Assembly (NCBI RefSeq): GCF_001194135.2
Contig: NC_068998.1
Location: 32,295,192 to 32,359,191 of the forward strand
Reading direction: 5' to 3'
DNA from: Octopus bimaculoides
Taxonomy: Eukaryota
DNA: 64,000 nucleotides
The notes under the pieces are model-generated. The model was given only the letters and a program-made list of their open reading frames with translations. It had not been told where the DNA came from and did no database searches. Positions 24,682 through 38,300 of this stretch are shown here, piece by piece; the first letter of the stretch is position 1; the number at the start of each line of letters is the position of its first letter. The position numbers were made by a program, and so were the translations under genes.

Positions 24682-25200
24682 CTAGGAATCAATATTAAGG
24701 AAAGTAATATTTCAAATTTCTTACTGTGAACATTGAAAGGAGCCACTTAAGTCAATTACAAGTTGGTACCTATTTGTATACATGCATTTTATTTTAGCTT
24801 GTCTTTACAAGCTAAAGTATCTTTACAAATATGTCAATAAAATATATTTTACTTCACTTGATATTTATTTTTTTCTGCTCTTTATTATCTGTTTTTCTTC
24901 TTTTTTTTATGCTTGTTTGGGAAGGTATTTTTGTTGAAACATTATTCTTACATCTGGTCGGCTTTCAGTGGATTTTCAGACAACAAAACTGAAGCAACCA
25001 GCAAATTGTCTCACTCAGGGATGCATCAAGTTCAAGATATGAAATGAAATGTGAACTTATAGCCATATAGACTTTAACATTACAGAGAATATGTAATTTT
25101 TATATTAAATTGTAAATTGGAATTTTTGACATGTACATAATAGTTTCTTAGCATATTTTGAAAAGATATCTTCAATTGTAAAATTTTAAAAAATGAAATA

Positions 25201-25290
25201 TTTTACTACTACTACTACTACTGCTACTGCTGCTGCTGCTGCAGCCACAGCCGCAGCCGCTACCGCCGCCGCTGCCACCACCACCACCAG
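25201..25290. repeat. Compound trinucleotide repeat ACT>GCT>GCC>ACC
   Basis: Directly visible. Confidence 0.9.
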
Positions 25291-26020
25291 TGAATGGACA
25301 AATTAATTAATGTGGTCAGATGAGTCAGAGTACAAAGATGCTGGAGGATAGAAATTGTGTGCAAAGAAGGTACCTCAGCAGTTGACAATGATTTGAAGAA
25401 GAGAAGGGTGGAAATCTACTGGCAGCACTGAGCATCAGAAGGACATACATTTTTAGGAAGTCTCCCTCCAGAGATTGATGTCATATCTCTTCTCCGAGTT
25501 CTAAGAAGTTCAAGAGCCAATAATCAGCACAGAAATTCATAGTGATTGTTTTGGGGATGACAGCAGTGTCATTCTTCTTGATTTTCTGGAATATGATTGT
25601 ACTTTTGTACCTTGAACAGTGAGAAGTACCTTGACATATTAAAAAATTTAAAAAAACAATTAAGAGAAGCTATTAGGAGGAAGAGACTCAACAAGAATTT
25701 GAAAATGATCCATATTCAATTATTGGATAATGCCTGAACCCACTCATCTTTGGCAAAAAATCAGGTAGCTGGTAATTTGGACTGGTCAGTGGTCCCCCAT
25801 CTACTGTACAGACCAAATCAAGCACATTCCAACTTTGGCCTGTTTAATCCAATGTGGGAACACTCATTTGATGAGCCAGAGAAGGTAAAGGTCGATGTGA
25901 AGAAGCAAATGCCCTCCTCAACATTTTTAAAGAGAATTTGAGAGTTTGGTTCAACTATGGCACAAATGCATTGCTGATGACGGAGACAATGTTGAATAGC
26001 ATCTTTGTATAGAAGCATTA
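25290..26020 (+). mobile_element. Decayed mariner transposase
   Basis: 'KFKxxxSAQKFIVIVF' region, 'LLDNA*TH' (DNARPH), 'VPHLLYRPNQAHSNFGLF' (PHPPYSPDLAPSDFHLF). Confidence 0.85.
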
Positions 26021-26127
26021 CTCTACCAGCATGTGCAATTTGAATACCCTATATCAATTAATATAAAATGTTATGCCTATTTTTGCATTACTTTTGGTTC
26101 AATCCTTAACTGTATATATATATATAT

Positions 26128-26277
26128 ACAATTGCAGTGTGGAAGGTGTTTATAAGCCGTTTAAAATAACACACGACGAAAATATTTTGACAAATTAAAT
26201 TTAAATGTTGAAGTGAATCTAACGGATTTTGTGTGTTATTTTAAATGGCTTATAAACACCTTCCACGCTGCAATTGT
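26128..26277. repeat. Fold-back element: 47-bp inverted arms (2 mismatches), 56-bp spacer
   Basis: acaattgcagtgtggaaggtgtttataagccgtttaaaataacacac at 26128-26174; reverse complement at 26231-26277. Confidence 0.92.
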
Positions 26278-26666
26278 TTTCGTTCCAGCACACAATCTCA
26301 GATCAGGTCACTTGCTATGCAAGTACATCTCCGTAATATATATATATGTATGTATGTCCTCTTGTCCCCAGGCAATCAAACTGTTTTCTCCTTACTGACA
26401 TGTCCTGTCAAATTCCTGATACTTGAGATTATATCCCCTTCTTATTTTTCTCATTTGCTGTAAGTCAGCTGTTTACACATCTAACAAGGAGATAATTTCA
26501 GTAAATAATAAATATGTCTTATGTAGTATTTGAAATACACTCATTCATCTTTATTACCCATATACATGCACTGACCATTCTGCACTATTTTTCTCTTAAC
26601 TAGCATTCTTATAAATTATGCAAACTAACCTAGACTATAAAGGCTTTTTAACATTTTTTTTTTTAC

Positions 26667-26748
26667 CTCATCTGCTAGATCAAAGTTAAGACAACTGCTG
26701 AGCTGATGATGCCAATTGAGGTAGAAGTGCATATTTACTACATTCATC
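26667..26748 (-). CDS. Candidate exon (82 nt, phase 2-0) MNVVNMHFYLNWHHQLSSCLNFDLADE
   Basis: Donor gag|GTAAAA, acceptor gagtcAG (moderate). Phase 0 end matches the 24574-24681 exon. Confidence 0.45.
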
Positions 26749-27324
26749 CTGACTCAAGACAATCAAACACTTTTCTAAATGGCATGTAAATTTCAGAAAA
26801 TTTTAGATTTATGAGGTCATTTCCTTATTTGGAGTTGGTCACAATTGCCACAAAGCATTTGTTTATTCTAATCTCAAAGAGAAGATAATTTCAATGAATT
26901 AAGAATTCAAAGAAGAAATAATTCTGTTTGTGTGGAACAGTCATTTTATGTAAACATATCAGACATGCTCAGTCAATCTTTGGGATCTGAATTTTTAACA
27001 TAGAGAGGGAGAAAACTAAATGCACCAAGACATTTCATTGGGCACTCTACCATTTCTGTTAATAATTATATATATTATACCAAAAGAGGGCATGTAACAG
27101 ATATATAGTTTTAGTCAGTCTGAGGAAAGCTAACAAACTATTTATAGTTGTATTTGCAGAATAATATTAGTCACAACACTGAGATAAATTCCCCTAAAGA
27201 TGTATAAATAACTCTGAGAGATACAATCACAAATAATTTGTTGTTTTACCAATTCATTTCTTTTCTTGTTTATATTTCTTAGATTCATTATAAAAAAACA
27301 TTCTTAATAAACATTTACTAACAC

Positions 27325-27615
27325 ACACACACATTTATATATATATGTAAATATGTATGTATGTATGTATGTATGTTTATATGAATGTGCATGTATATAT
27401 GTGTGTGTGTATGGATATATATGTATTTATGTATATATACATATTTATATATGTAATCTATATATATATTTATATATATACGTATATATATATATAATAC
27501 GTATGCACACACACACACACATATATATACACACATATACGTACATATGTAATATGTATATATACATATATATACATACATATACATATGTATACACACA
27601 CACGCACACACACAT
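27325..27615. repeat. Compound TA/CA/TATG microsatellite
   Basis: Directly visible. Confidence 0.93.
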
Positions 27616-29803
27616 AGTAAGAGAGAGAATTATTATTGTCTGCTGTATAATTTTTATTGATCATTGTAGAGACAGTTGTAAAGGAAATTACATTTATCAT
27701 TGAGGTTCTATTCAGATTATATGATGCTGCAAAAAAAAGTATTTATGAAACATTGTATTATACATACAAATAAGTTTCGTTGATATTCATATGTAATTTT
27801 TTTTTTATATTCATTATGTTAATCTTTAGTAAAAATCTCAAAGACATGGCAGTGTAGACAGACACAGGCTGTGTGTTTAAGAAGTTAATTATACAACTAC
27901 TTAGTCTTTGGTTCTGTCTGACTGAATAGTATCTTGAGTTAGTGTCTTCTACGATGATAGTGTTTTGACTAATACCTGGTAAATGAAATTAGTAGGTGGA
28001 GAATGTGTGCAAGCCTGTCATTTATGTGTGTAAGGGGAAAGAGGTGCATGTGTCTGTCTCTATGTGTTTATGCCCTTAGCAGTGAAACAAATAGAGATTA
28101 CTGAATAAAGTAATAGGCTTTAAAATAAGTATTGTGGTCAATATAATTGATTGAAGCTCTTCAAAATAGTGCCCTAGCATGATTGGAGTCACTGAAACAA
28201 GAAAAGCAAAAATGAGTAAAAAATGGAATAGCATTGCCATCGTTACATTAAAAATGCCGAGCTTCCTCTTTGGAGACAGAAAATACTGAGCCCTTAGAAA
28301 GCTTAAGTGGCACTTATGAGTCATGCTTTCATATCCAGGAGAGTGATGCTTCCACATGCACAAACATCTAAGATCAAATATGAGAGAAGGCTATTTCCAG
28401 AGCTGTCAGAAGACAAGGATGGTACAGAACTTTAAAGCCTTAGAGAATATTTGCATTTAGAATCTTCTTATTTTCTAATAATGAACCAACCAAATTTTAA
28501 ATGCACCTACTTACCACTAACTGTATCTCAGCTGCTGTTTTTGGTTTTTGGCAGAACTTTGCATAGTAGCTGGTTGAAGTAGGTTTTAAAGTTCTGTATC
28601 AGCCTTATCCTCTGTCTACTCTACCACCAGTAAAAATGGTTCCAAATGCTGACAGAAGGCCAGTAATTTCAGGGAAGGGTGCTAGTCAATTACATGGACC
28701 CCCAGTACTCGACTGTTACTTATTTTATCAACCTTGAAAAGAATGAAAAGCAAAGCTGTCCTCAACAACATTTGAACTCAGAACATAAAGTCAGAAGAAA
28801 TGTTGTTAAGCATTTTTCTGGTGTGCTGACAATTAATTCTGCCAGCTTGCTTCCTAACTTATAATAATAAATGTTTCTAACATAGGCACAAAGCTATAAT
28901 CTTGGGAAATTATTTTTTTCTTGTTGAATATAAATATTTCTTAAGCTTAGTTTAACATCTAATTAAAAGATTAATTTAAAAGCGCCAATCTCATTGAAAT
29001 CAAAATTCTTCAACAAAAGCTTCTTTAGAATTGATAATTTAAAAAAAATAGTAATAGCTAGTTATTTTATTGTAATGATTAACTACTGTTATTTTTAATA
29101 TTTTATTATTGTTGAAGTCTCTTTAAGAAATTAACAAAGTATTTATGTTAAAATTGGTTTTCTTTAACTGACAGATAAGAACATAAAATGAAATGCATTT
29201 TGGTTTTATGATAGTGGTGTAAATGATATTGAGATTTAGAAGTTCACTGAAGATATTGTTTGAGAATATACTATACGCAATTATGCATTCAATATACATC
29301 ATTCAAAGTATAAACAAATAATAATTGTCAAGCACACATACATACACAAACATATTTTTGCATACTCATATAAATACCAGATTATTTAATTTAGCTGAGA
29401 AATAATTATGGTACACTAACTACTTAATTGCTGAATATTTTATTATTATCAATTCAATGTAACTCATTAAAAGACAGCTTACAAGATTTAGTAGCTATAT
29501 GTTACTGCGGATATGGAAAATACTTTTGTGATTTTTCTATGCAAGACTTTTAAAATTACTTTATTGACTGTTAAAATTACTGGCTAAATGCCCAGTCTAT
29601 TAGCATAGCTAAAATGACTGAGACAATTAGAAATGACTATTACATAATGTTTCTAAAGATTCTGTTACAAAGGAAACCAACTCCCCAGCCTTGCTTGTCT
29701 GTTAGCCAGTGATCCAAAAATAAGTTTCTTTGATGTTAGCTCCCAAAATTCTGTTTACTCCGAGTACTATAATGACAACTTTTTACTGTTTGTCCTAAAT
29801 TAT

Positions 29804-29807
<4 letters not shown>

Positions 29808-29878
<71 letters not shown>

Positions 29879-29980
29879 ATATATAGATATAGATATAGAT
29901 ATATATGCATATATACATACGTATATGTACATACATCTATACGTATATGTACATACATCTGTACGTATATATATGTGCAT
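29808..29980. repeat. (TA)n and degenerate TA-rich microsatellite
   Basis: Directly visible. Confidence 0.93.
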
Positions 29981-31172
29981 ATGTGGGCACAGGATGTCAC
30001 GAAACATGTACAACAAAAGAATATGAAGTACAAATACATGGAATATGAACTAATTTTTTGAACAAAGAAAGGTACAAATGAAAAACAAGACAAACAACAT
30101 AAAGAACGACCCTTCATCAGTTGTTGGCTGTTTTTATATATATATAGTTTTTATAAATTCCATCTACTAAGCCTTATTGAAACTAAATCTAACATCTATT
30201 AATTCCCACCCCACTAAGCTTTTCTTTAATTACAACTATACTTTATGGTGTAAGCCAGATATTTGTTTGTCTTATTAACAACACAGTGCTACGAGTAAGA
30301 GATATCAATCATTTTATACCAAAATATTTTTTATTCTTTCTAAAAGTAAATATTGACTCTGTAGCTTCAGCTTATAAAATCGTTACCCTCAAAAGATGCA
30401 CAGTTCATCTGCTTTTAGAAATCTCTTCAAGAACCACTCTAGCCTAACATAGTAAGAATTATATCAGTGAAACCGGCTTTGATTCCAGAACTAATAAATA
30501 CTTTGAACTTTCATCTAAATAATTAAAAATGTTTGTATCTCATCATTGCTGCTAGTTTCTGTTTTTATCTATGCTTTACAAGTCTTTTGGAACTGCTGTC
30601 CTGATAATAGTAGTTGTAGTTATAAAATTGATCCTAATTTGTTCAGCATGAGGAAATATGTCAGGAAGAAAGCTGTAGGATAAGGCTTTTGATTGCTATG
30701 TGCAACCATAGCCACCATATCTTTATTAGTGATTTTGTTGTCATGATATTTGGACTTACATGTTGTCTCTATTTGAAATAATTATAGGGATTTTACTGAA
30801 TGAAATATGGCAGGTAAATTTATTAGGTTCTTAATAGAATATTATTGTTGTTGTTTTGCTCCGAGTCAACTCTAACCAAGTAGTTTATATGATTCATATC
30901 ATTTGAAGTATGACTGTCCCATTCAGTTTAAAAGAATAGTTTTCTAAACTACTGTATCCTAAGTCTGGTGGGGTTAGTGGAAGACTTGGCTATTATTTCT
31001 TGTTGACTCAATTGGTTTACTTGAAGTTTCTTTGTTGGCACACCTGGCTAATATGTACTGAACCACATAACACTCTGCTTGAAGCATTTGACTTTTAAAT
31101 TTCCACCAAAATATCAAAATGCATTCATTGTATCTACTTAACAAGCAAACAATTTCTCAGAAATGACCTTAC

Positions 31173-31192
31173 ATGATTGGTCTACTATTGAG
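31173..31192 (-). CDS. Candidate micro-exon (20 nt) LNSRPI, phase 0-2
   Basis: Strong acceptor gtattttccAG and donor cat|GTAAGG. Phase 2 end matches the 26667-26748 candidate. Confidence 0.35.
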
Positions 31193-34100
31193 CTGGAAAA
31201 TACATATTGGCTTCTAAGTGTTTAGTTATTGTTTACTATGCAATGAATGTTAATTATTGTATGGTGACTCTGGTAAATATGATATGTGTTACAAGGTGTT
31301 ACACTTAGGCTTCGGCTTTTATGAAACGGATTTGTTGGACACAACTAGAAAACTGCTCTCAGGAAGCTAGAATTTAAGTATGTTAAGTGATTTAAGCATG
31401 TTATGTTATATGGATATATTCATAGTTGATGATATAGATATATACTTGTGAGATATTTTAGAAAGCCACAAGTCATTTGTTATTGGATCTAATCATGTTT
31501 TTAAACATTTTTTCTCCCTTGCTTGTTTGGCCAGAGAATAATGTTAGCTAACTTCTTGTGTTTTCTGATTACCCTATTTAACAATATTGCTTTATATTAT
31601 TGTTGACATTGAGAATATTGGAAATAATAAAACCGACCTTTTTAATGTATGCTAGGTTTGTCAGTTCTACTTAATACATAATTAGATTTTTCTACAACAA
31701 ATTCCTAACTTTTAAATTAATACCTGCATATTTGAGCAGGATAGTCAAGGTTTGAATGCAATTAATTAAAAGCTAAACATTTTCACATACTGACATTTTG
31801 TACAGTTTGATATTTTTTTTACCAAGAAAAAACAAAACAAAGAGATATGCATTGTTGGTTTCATTGCTGTATTGTTGAAATTGCCTTGAATAGAAACTTT
31901 GTAGTACTATTGGAAACACAATCTGTATTGTATGATAATAGCATGTATAACCAATTTCAAGTATAAATATAGGAACATGAAAAGACAACTGTATAAACAG
32001 TGAGAAACTGTAATAAAATTCCTTGCCCACAGGATTAACTATTTGATTAAGTTATTTCTTCCTATGAAACTGGATTCATAGACCTTCAGACAAATTGTTA
32101 ACCATATATAGCTTATTTTGCCAAATCAGTGTTTTTCAAAATCATACTTTGAGTACAGTCTATATATTAACCCTGATATGCTATGTATTAATTTATGGGA
32201 AATACTTTCTCCTATTTGCATTGTAAAGACAAACACAAATCTATGAATTTGCAAAGCACAATGCCATTGTGTATAAGTTTCTGCAATAGTCTCTTTGTAA
32301 TATAAGAGGTTCTTTTTCATTTATGTGTCTAAATCTACATATAATTGAATATACGCCTGTTGTTCTGTTTATGCTTTCCCTGTATCTAAGAAACATGAAG
32401 AAATATTACATTATTTCTACTGAACTGTCTCTGAAAATGTCCTTCAACTATCGTACAATATAGTTTAGATACACATATATAATCCTCCAGCTATTGTATA
32501 TCCAATTTCTACATTTCATTTTCAGCAGCTTCAGTCATTTTCTCTTCTAAAATATTGTGATAAGTGAAAATGGATTTTATTTCTTTCTTTTTTATAATTT
32601 CTCTTTTTCATTCTTTCCTGAAATTGTCACTGTCCATCTCATAACTCAGTTAAGGAAAACTAGCCAACTTCTCTATCATTGCAGTTCTCTATTTACATAT
32701 CTGTCAGAATATCTTACTTCATTAGTCATTCTCAAACTAGTTCTGTGTTTGCTAACTTATATAGATATTCTCAGCAGCTTCATATCACTGATTCTTGAAA
32801 TTTGTATTTATATTTACTTTATTCTCATTAGCACAAACTTTAAAAATATTATTCTCCAATTTTCATCAGATTTCTTTACTGGTGATATAAAAGCTAAGGG
32901 ACATTTTAGTAATGTATCTTTATTAAATATGTATACGCTATATGAGCAAATTTTCAGTGTAGTCATTAACTTACCAAATAACATATTTCTTTCACAAGAT
33001 TGAGTTTACTATTAATTGAAAAAATATGAACAAATTCTACAAAAGAAAAATGCACTTCACAAAAACTACAAATAATAAGCTGTTACTTCTGATGAAAAGA
33101 AAAATTGTAAAAATTATTCAAACATACTTAAAAGTGTGCTCATCTAAAATGCTTTTTTATTGCTCTTCTTTTCCTTGTTAAAAAGCTACTAACTGTTCAC
33201 CATTTCCAGGATTTCAATTCAGATTGCCTTCAACATAATACTAATATTTTCTTTTCCATTTTCATTTCATGTATATGAAACTTGTGCTTACAGTTAATCC
33301 TGAAGATAATTGAAATATTATTTTGCTGTGTGCTTCTTTTTCTATTACCAAATCACTTCAAAAAAATATAAAATTGGGGTGAAATCCTATCTTTGTTTTG
33401 CAGGAATAATTTCTATTAAATTTCCATAACAAGCTCTTCTGTAATAATACTAATTCTGCTTACAAATTTCAGCAAGCTATAACTGATTCCATATGGTGTC
33501 AAAACATGTACTGCATTTCTGTTAGTAATCTGGAGTATCCAGTTGCATGTATATGACAGAAATGCAAGAAATGTTTTGATATGATAAGGAGTAAATGATA
33601 GTTGAATATGACAATACGTGTAGTTAGTGTGAACAGGAAATTCTTAACCACATCGTTATGCTTGAACCTATGGATGTATATGTGTATACACACATGTTTG
33701 TATGCATATACATGCATTAATAGCCACACACACACACACACAAACACACACATTTAATGTACACAGATTTAAAAAAAGACTTACTGATAGTTTCATGCTG
33801 TAAAGATGCAATAATTGGGCAGACTTATATAACATGCCATATGTCTCCAAGCAATCTTTCAAGCTCAGTGCATACTGTTAGAGCTACTTGAAAATCAGAA
33901 TGCTGGTCTATGAGAAAATGCAGGAAGAAAATGTGAAGAATATCGATGCAAAAAGTGAAATGAGAAGAAAGAAAAGAAAGAAAACCAAGATTTTCATCTC
34001 CTTCGTCTGTAAAAATCATAATTAAACTAACTGATATAGAATAGTATAAGGGAGAGAAGGTCAAAGTCTGTGAGATAGCCACTCAATCTGGTGATGGTAG

Positions 34101-34699
34101 TGCCATCCAGTTTAAGAAAAGAAATTTGTCCATGTACTTGCATTTGCTAAAAATTCCAGATCTGGAACTAGTGTGGTGAAATTTTGGGAATCATAAAAGA
34201 ATGTGTGGTCTTTCAGCTACATATAACTTACATCTCTTTGATCCATTTGTATATGGAATAGATTTCTCCATGATTCTTCACTTGACCAGCTGCACACCTT
34301 ATTCTGGATTATCCGTAATCTCCTCCCACTACCTCCCATCAACCTGTGTAACATTAGTCATTTCAACCCTACACAATTTCTACAGTTGTCACCTACCATC
34401 CCTATTCCTTAACTTCCCTACTTTTCATCCCTGAATACTTGTTCATAATGATCACCTTCATATCCATTCTTCAACCAACTCTCACTCTCCCTTACACTTT
34501 TGTAGTCTCTAACCCCTCACATTTCCTGCTCACTTCTACTCACTTTGTATCTTAAGGGTCCACTCTGATACCTCATCACTAATATTTTTATCTCTCTTCA
34601 GTTCCACCCAATCACTTTTATCTTCTCTGTGATAATGTTAGAAGTTGTGTAGCTCTCTTACAGCTAGAAACTTGTTCTGGCCTCTTCTCTTTCACATAA

Positions 34700-34978
34700 T
34701 TCCCTCATCATTTAGCATAGAGTCACCTCCCTCTCTACTGTAGCCTGACAGTTGAAGGGGATCTTAGTCCTGCTGGCTGCATGGCAGCCTCAGTAATGCT
34801 GGTGCCATGAAAAAAACACCCAATGCCCAATACCCAGGCGTTAGGAAAGATATCCAGGTATAGAAATCATGTCAAAACAGACATTGAGGCACAATGTTTT
34901 CTTCAGAGCTGTTGGATCTTGTCAAAATTCCACCCCATTCCTGCATGGAATATAGACTTTAAATGATGATGAGGATAG
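34700..34978 (+). mobile_element. RTE-like 3'-end fragment / non-autonomous derivative
   Basis: Ends 'gcatggaatatagactttaaatgatgatga', similar to the reverse complement of the RTE tail at 17948. Confidence 0.5.
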
Positions 34979-35718
34979 AGGATGCATGTAATTGGCAGAA
35001 TCATTAGAGCATTGATATAAAGTGCTCTAATGATTCTGCTTTTCATTTCTCCTGGGTTGATAAAATAAAATACCAGTCAAGTAATCAAATAACTCCTATA
35101 AAAATTGCTGGTCTTGTGCTTAATGTGAAACAGTAATATTGATGGATTTGCTCTTCATATTCCAATCATCTGGAGATGGCTTTTGCTGTAATGATGAACA
35201 TGCTTTTGTTAAACATCAAGAGGATGTAAAATTCATTTTGCCATACAAAGTGGCTGTTACAGATAAATTAGACATTTTAGCACTTTCAAAATGTGAATGA
35301 TAAAGTCAATTTTGATTTCAGTTTGTAAATATGAGACATAAATCATTAATTACAAAAGAAACAGTGGAGAAATAGGAAAAGTCAAAGGGTTAAGTAAATT
35401 GTAAGGGTGATTCATAAGTTTGGTTGTCAAGAGAAATTTTGAACACTTTGACGTATTAGTAATGCAATGACTGATGTAAGTAACAAAATAAGCAAATAGG
35501 CTGATAGATAGAGACAGGAAGTAGTTGATTAGTCTGTGGTAGCAGTGAAACAGGTATGTACAGGGTAAGTTGAGAAGAGAGAAAGAAAGAGGTGGTTGGG
35601 GTAGATAAGTGTTAGAAGGACCAACTAGAAATGTAGAGTGAGTTAACTAATATTTTCTGTGTTTGGACCTTTTCTATATAGATATAACACACTAAATTTA
35701 TACACATGCATATATACA

Positions 35719-35777
<59 letters not shown>

Positions 35778-35799
35778 AACACACACGCACACACACATA

Positions 35800-36210
35800 G
35801 TATGAATACTGGTGCAGCAAACATGTTGTGGATTATTGATTTATTGCATGTGGAAAGTTCTGAGGACCATATTTTCTTTATCTTGGCTGTACATTCCTTA
35901 TTACAGGTTCCATCATGGGAAATATTTTCATCCATTTTTAACTATCTGTAAGCAATTCTTATCTGATAATGGAGAAATAGTCAGGTCACTGATAGTACTG
36001 ACAGTAAATGGGCTTTTAGTTCTTCAGTTTACAAACATGTAAGAACATTTATTCTGACCAAACTCCATCTGTATCTTTTTAGAATGTCATAACTAAGCAA
36101 AGGTTTCTCTTCAGACCTTTAATATTGTTTACAAAGTTTTCCATTTTCAAGAGATCTACAAAAAAGCTATGAATGTGGTTGGTGTTTCTGTCTTCCTTTG
36201 GTCCAGTCAT
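35800..36210 (-). mobile_element. R4/Dong-clade RT fragment
   Basis: 'DENISHDG...KIKKIWSSELSTCNKSIIHNMFAAPV' (KIWxSELSxxNKxxAHNxFAVPV). Confidence 0.8.
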
Positions 36211-36424
36211 ACATCTTTCATTTCTATGACAAAAAAGACATGCAGCTTACAGAAAATATAAACAACATCGTAAAGAGAATGTGTGTGTGCGTGTAAGCAT
36301 GTATGTACATACATATGTATATACATATGTTTGTATGTATGTGCATGTATATGAATATATGTAGATATTTGTGTAAAATATACAGAAACTAACATATGTA
36401 TATGTGAGCCTTCTTTTATATGTT

Positions 36425-36640
36425 TCACTCATTTGATTGCAGCAGTGTTGGGGCACTGCTTTGATGGGTTTAGTTAAAACAAATAATCTCTAATACTTAG
36501 TTTTAAGCCTGATGCTAATTCTATAGGTCACTTTATGTCAAACCACTAAATTATGGGGATGTAAACAAGCCAAAACCGATTGTCAAGTAGTTGTTGGGGA
36601 CAAACACAAAGATACACACACACATACACACACACACACG

Positions 36641-36676
<36 letters not shown>

Positions 36677-37105
36677 ATGAGTTTCTTTCAGTTTATCTCT
36701 AACAAATCCACTCACAAGACTTTGTTTGACCCAGCCAAAGCTATAGTAGAAGACACTTGCCCATTGTGCCACACAATAGGACTGAACTTGAAGCATGCTT
36801 CTAGCCACATAGCAAAACTTGTGCCCATGGCTCTGCCTGCATTAATCTTTTGTGTTTTCCTCCCTTTCCTCATGCATTCACATATATTTCTCAGGCTTTC
36901 ATTCTCCTCTCAATATTGGTTTCAAAATTTGGCAGAAGGCCAACAATTTGTGGGGAAGGAGTAAGTCGATTACATCGATCCCAGTGCTCAATTGGTACTT
37001 ATTTTATCAACCCTGAAAGGAGAAAAGGCAGACTTGACCCTGGTGGCAGAATGTAAAGACAGATGAAATGCCACTGAGCATTTTGTCTGGTGTGCTAAAG
37101 ATTCT
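36425..37105 (-). mobile_element. Two adjacent SINE copies (one of each family)
   Basis: Reverse-complement matches to the 17424 and 14180 families. Confidence 0.8.
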
Positions 37106-38184
37106 GTCAGCTTACCACCTTATTTCTCCTCTCAATGGACCGTTATGCTCCACTACTTGATGCCAATCTCAATACACTCCCTCCTATCTAATAATTGGCT
37201 CAAAGACATTACAGTCTACTCCTCTACTTTGTTGCTGCTTCGGTTTCCTGAAAATTCTTCACTTACTAGACCCTAACCTGATTTCTATAAAAACAGATTT
37301 TGATGCACCGTTAAGTCTCATTTTCAGATGTCGTCTTCTCAGTTGTTATACCACTTCACCAATTCACATATTAGTTCACTGAACTATCAATTTAATTCAT
37401 TTACATTTTCTCTGTTCATAAAAACAGCCTGAATAGTTTTAATCCTATGTTGAAATTTCATCAGCAGCCAAGTATTCACAGAGGTATGCCTATAAATTCA
37501 TGATTGCTAAAGAATTAAGTAACTCAAATAGACTGATTTGCTTAAACAGTATTCTGGTTCAGTGCTTTGCTATATACTACAGAATATAGCTACAGATTTA
37601 TATCTTTGTATGTATAAGTTGATGTAGATACTTTGCCTTTTTTATACACAATATCTTTGCAGTTAGAAAAAGAGGGGTAAGTCCAACTAATTTCAATCCT
37701 GTTTTGGGATTTTATCAGCATCTGAGTACCCTTCATAACTAACAGTATTATTAAAAGCTTAACAATTGGAAACTAATTCAGTTGATCCATCTTTTTCAGT
37801 CCAGGAAAATATTATAGATACAGACATCTGTTTACATATAAGTGTTGGTTAAAATCGTTAGATATTTCCTGTAGTAGACTTTAGCATACACGCGCACACA
37901 CACACACACACACGCCTGCATGTGCATGCGCACAAAATAGCTATTTCTTTTAGACAAGACAAGGACATTTAATTTTTGTGTGAGTTATATGTATTTGGAA
38001 ACAATATTTCAAAATATATTAATAAGCTACAGTAATCAAGTGTAATCATTATATAGCTTAATTGGCTTTTCATTGGATAATGGTTATAACATTTTATCTA
38101 AATTAGCTTTAGCTTTCAGCCAAAATAAATTAAATTTATTCAATAGAGAAGAAAGCAAGCTGTCTTTCCTTGTTGTTCTTGTTG

Positions 38185-38214
38185 ATGATGATTATGATGA
38201 TGATGACCAACATC

Positions 38215-38246
<32 letters not shown>

Positions 38247-38300
38247 CATCATCAACAACAACAACAACATCAACATCATCATCCTCAACAACATCATCAT
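38185..38300. repeat. Compound (GAT)/(CAT)/(CAA) trinucleotide repeat
   Basis: Directly visible; produces a spurious poly-His/Gln ORF. Confidence 0.93.

Noticed and set aside
29985-30135. CTGATGA on the minus strand in a pLTR-like repeat fragment
   Set aside because: No GAAA core or stem II could be assigned at a plausible distance.
32557-33003. 148-aa hydrophobic plus-strand ORF
   Set aside because: F/L/I/S-rich composition reflects T-rich DNA, probably antisense of an old A-rich retroelement; no recognisable domain.
37663-37676. Plus-strand 14-nt micro-exon candidate (ctttgcAG ... ggg|GTAAGT)
   Set aside because: No consistent plus-strand partner exons were found; such matches are expected by chance in 64 kb.
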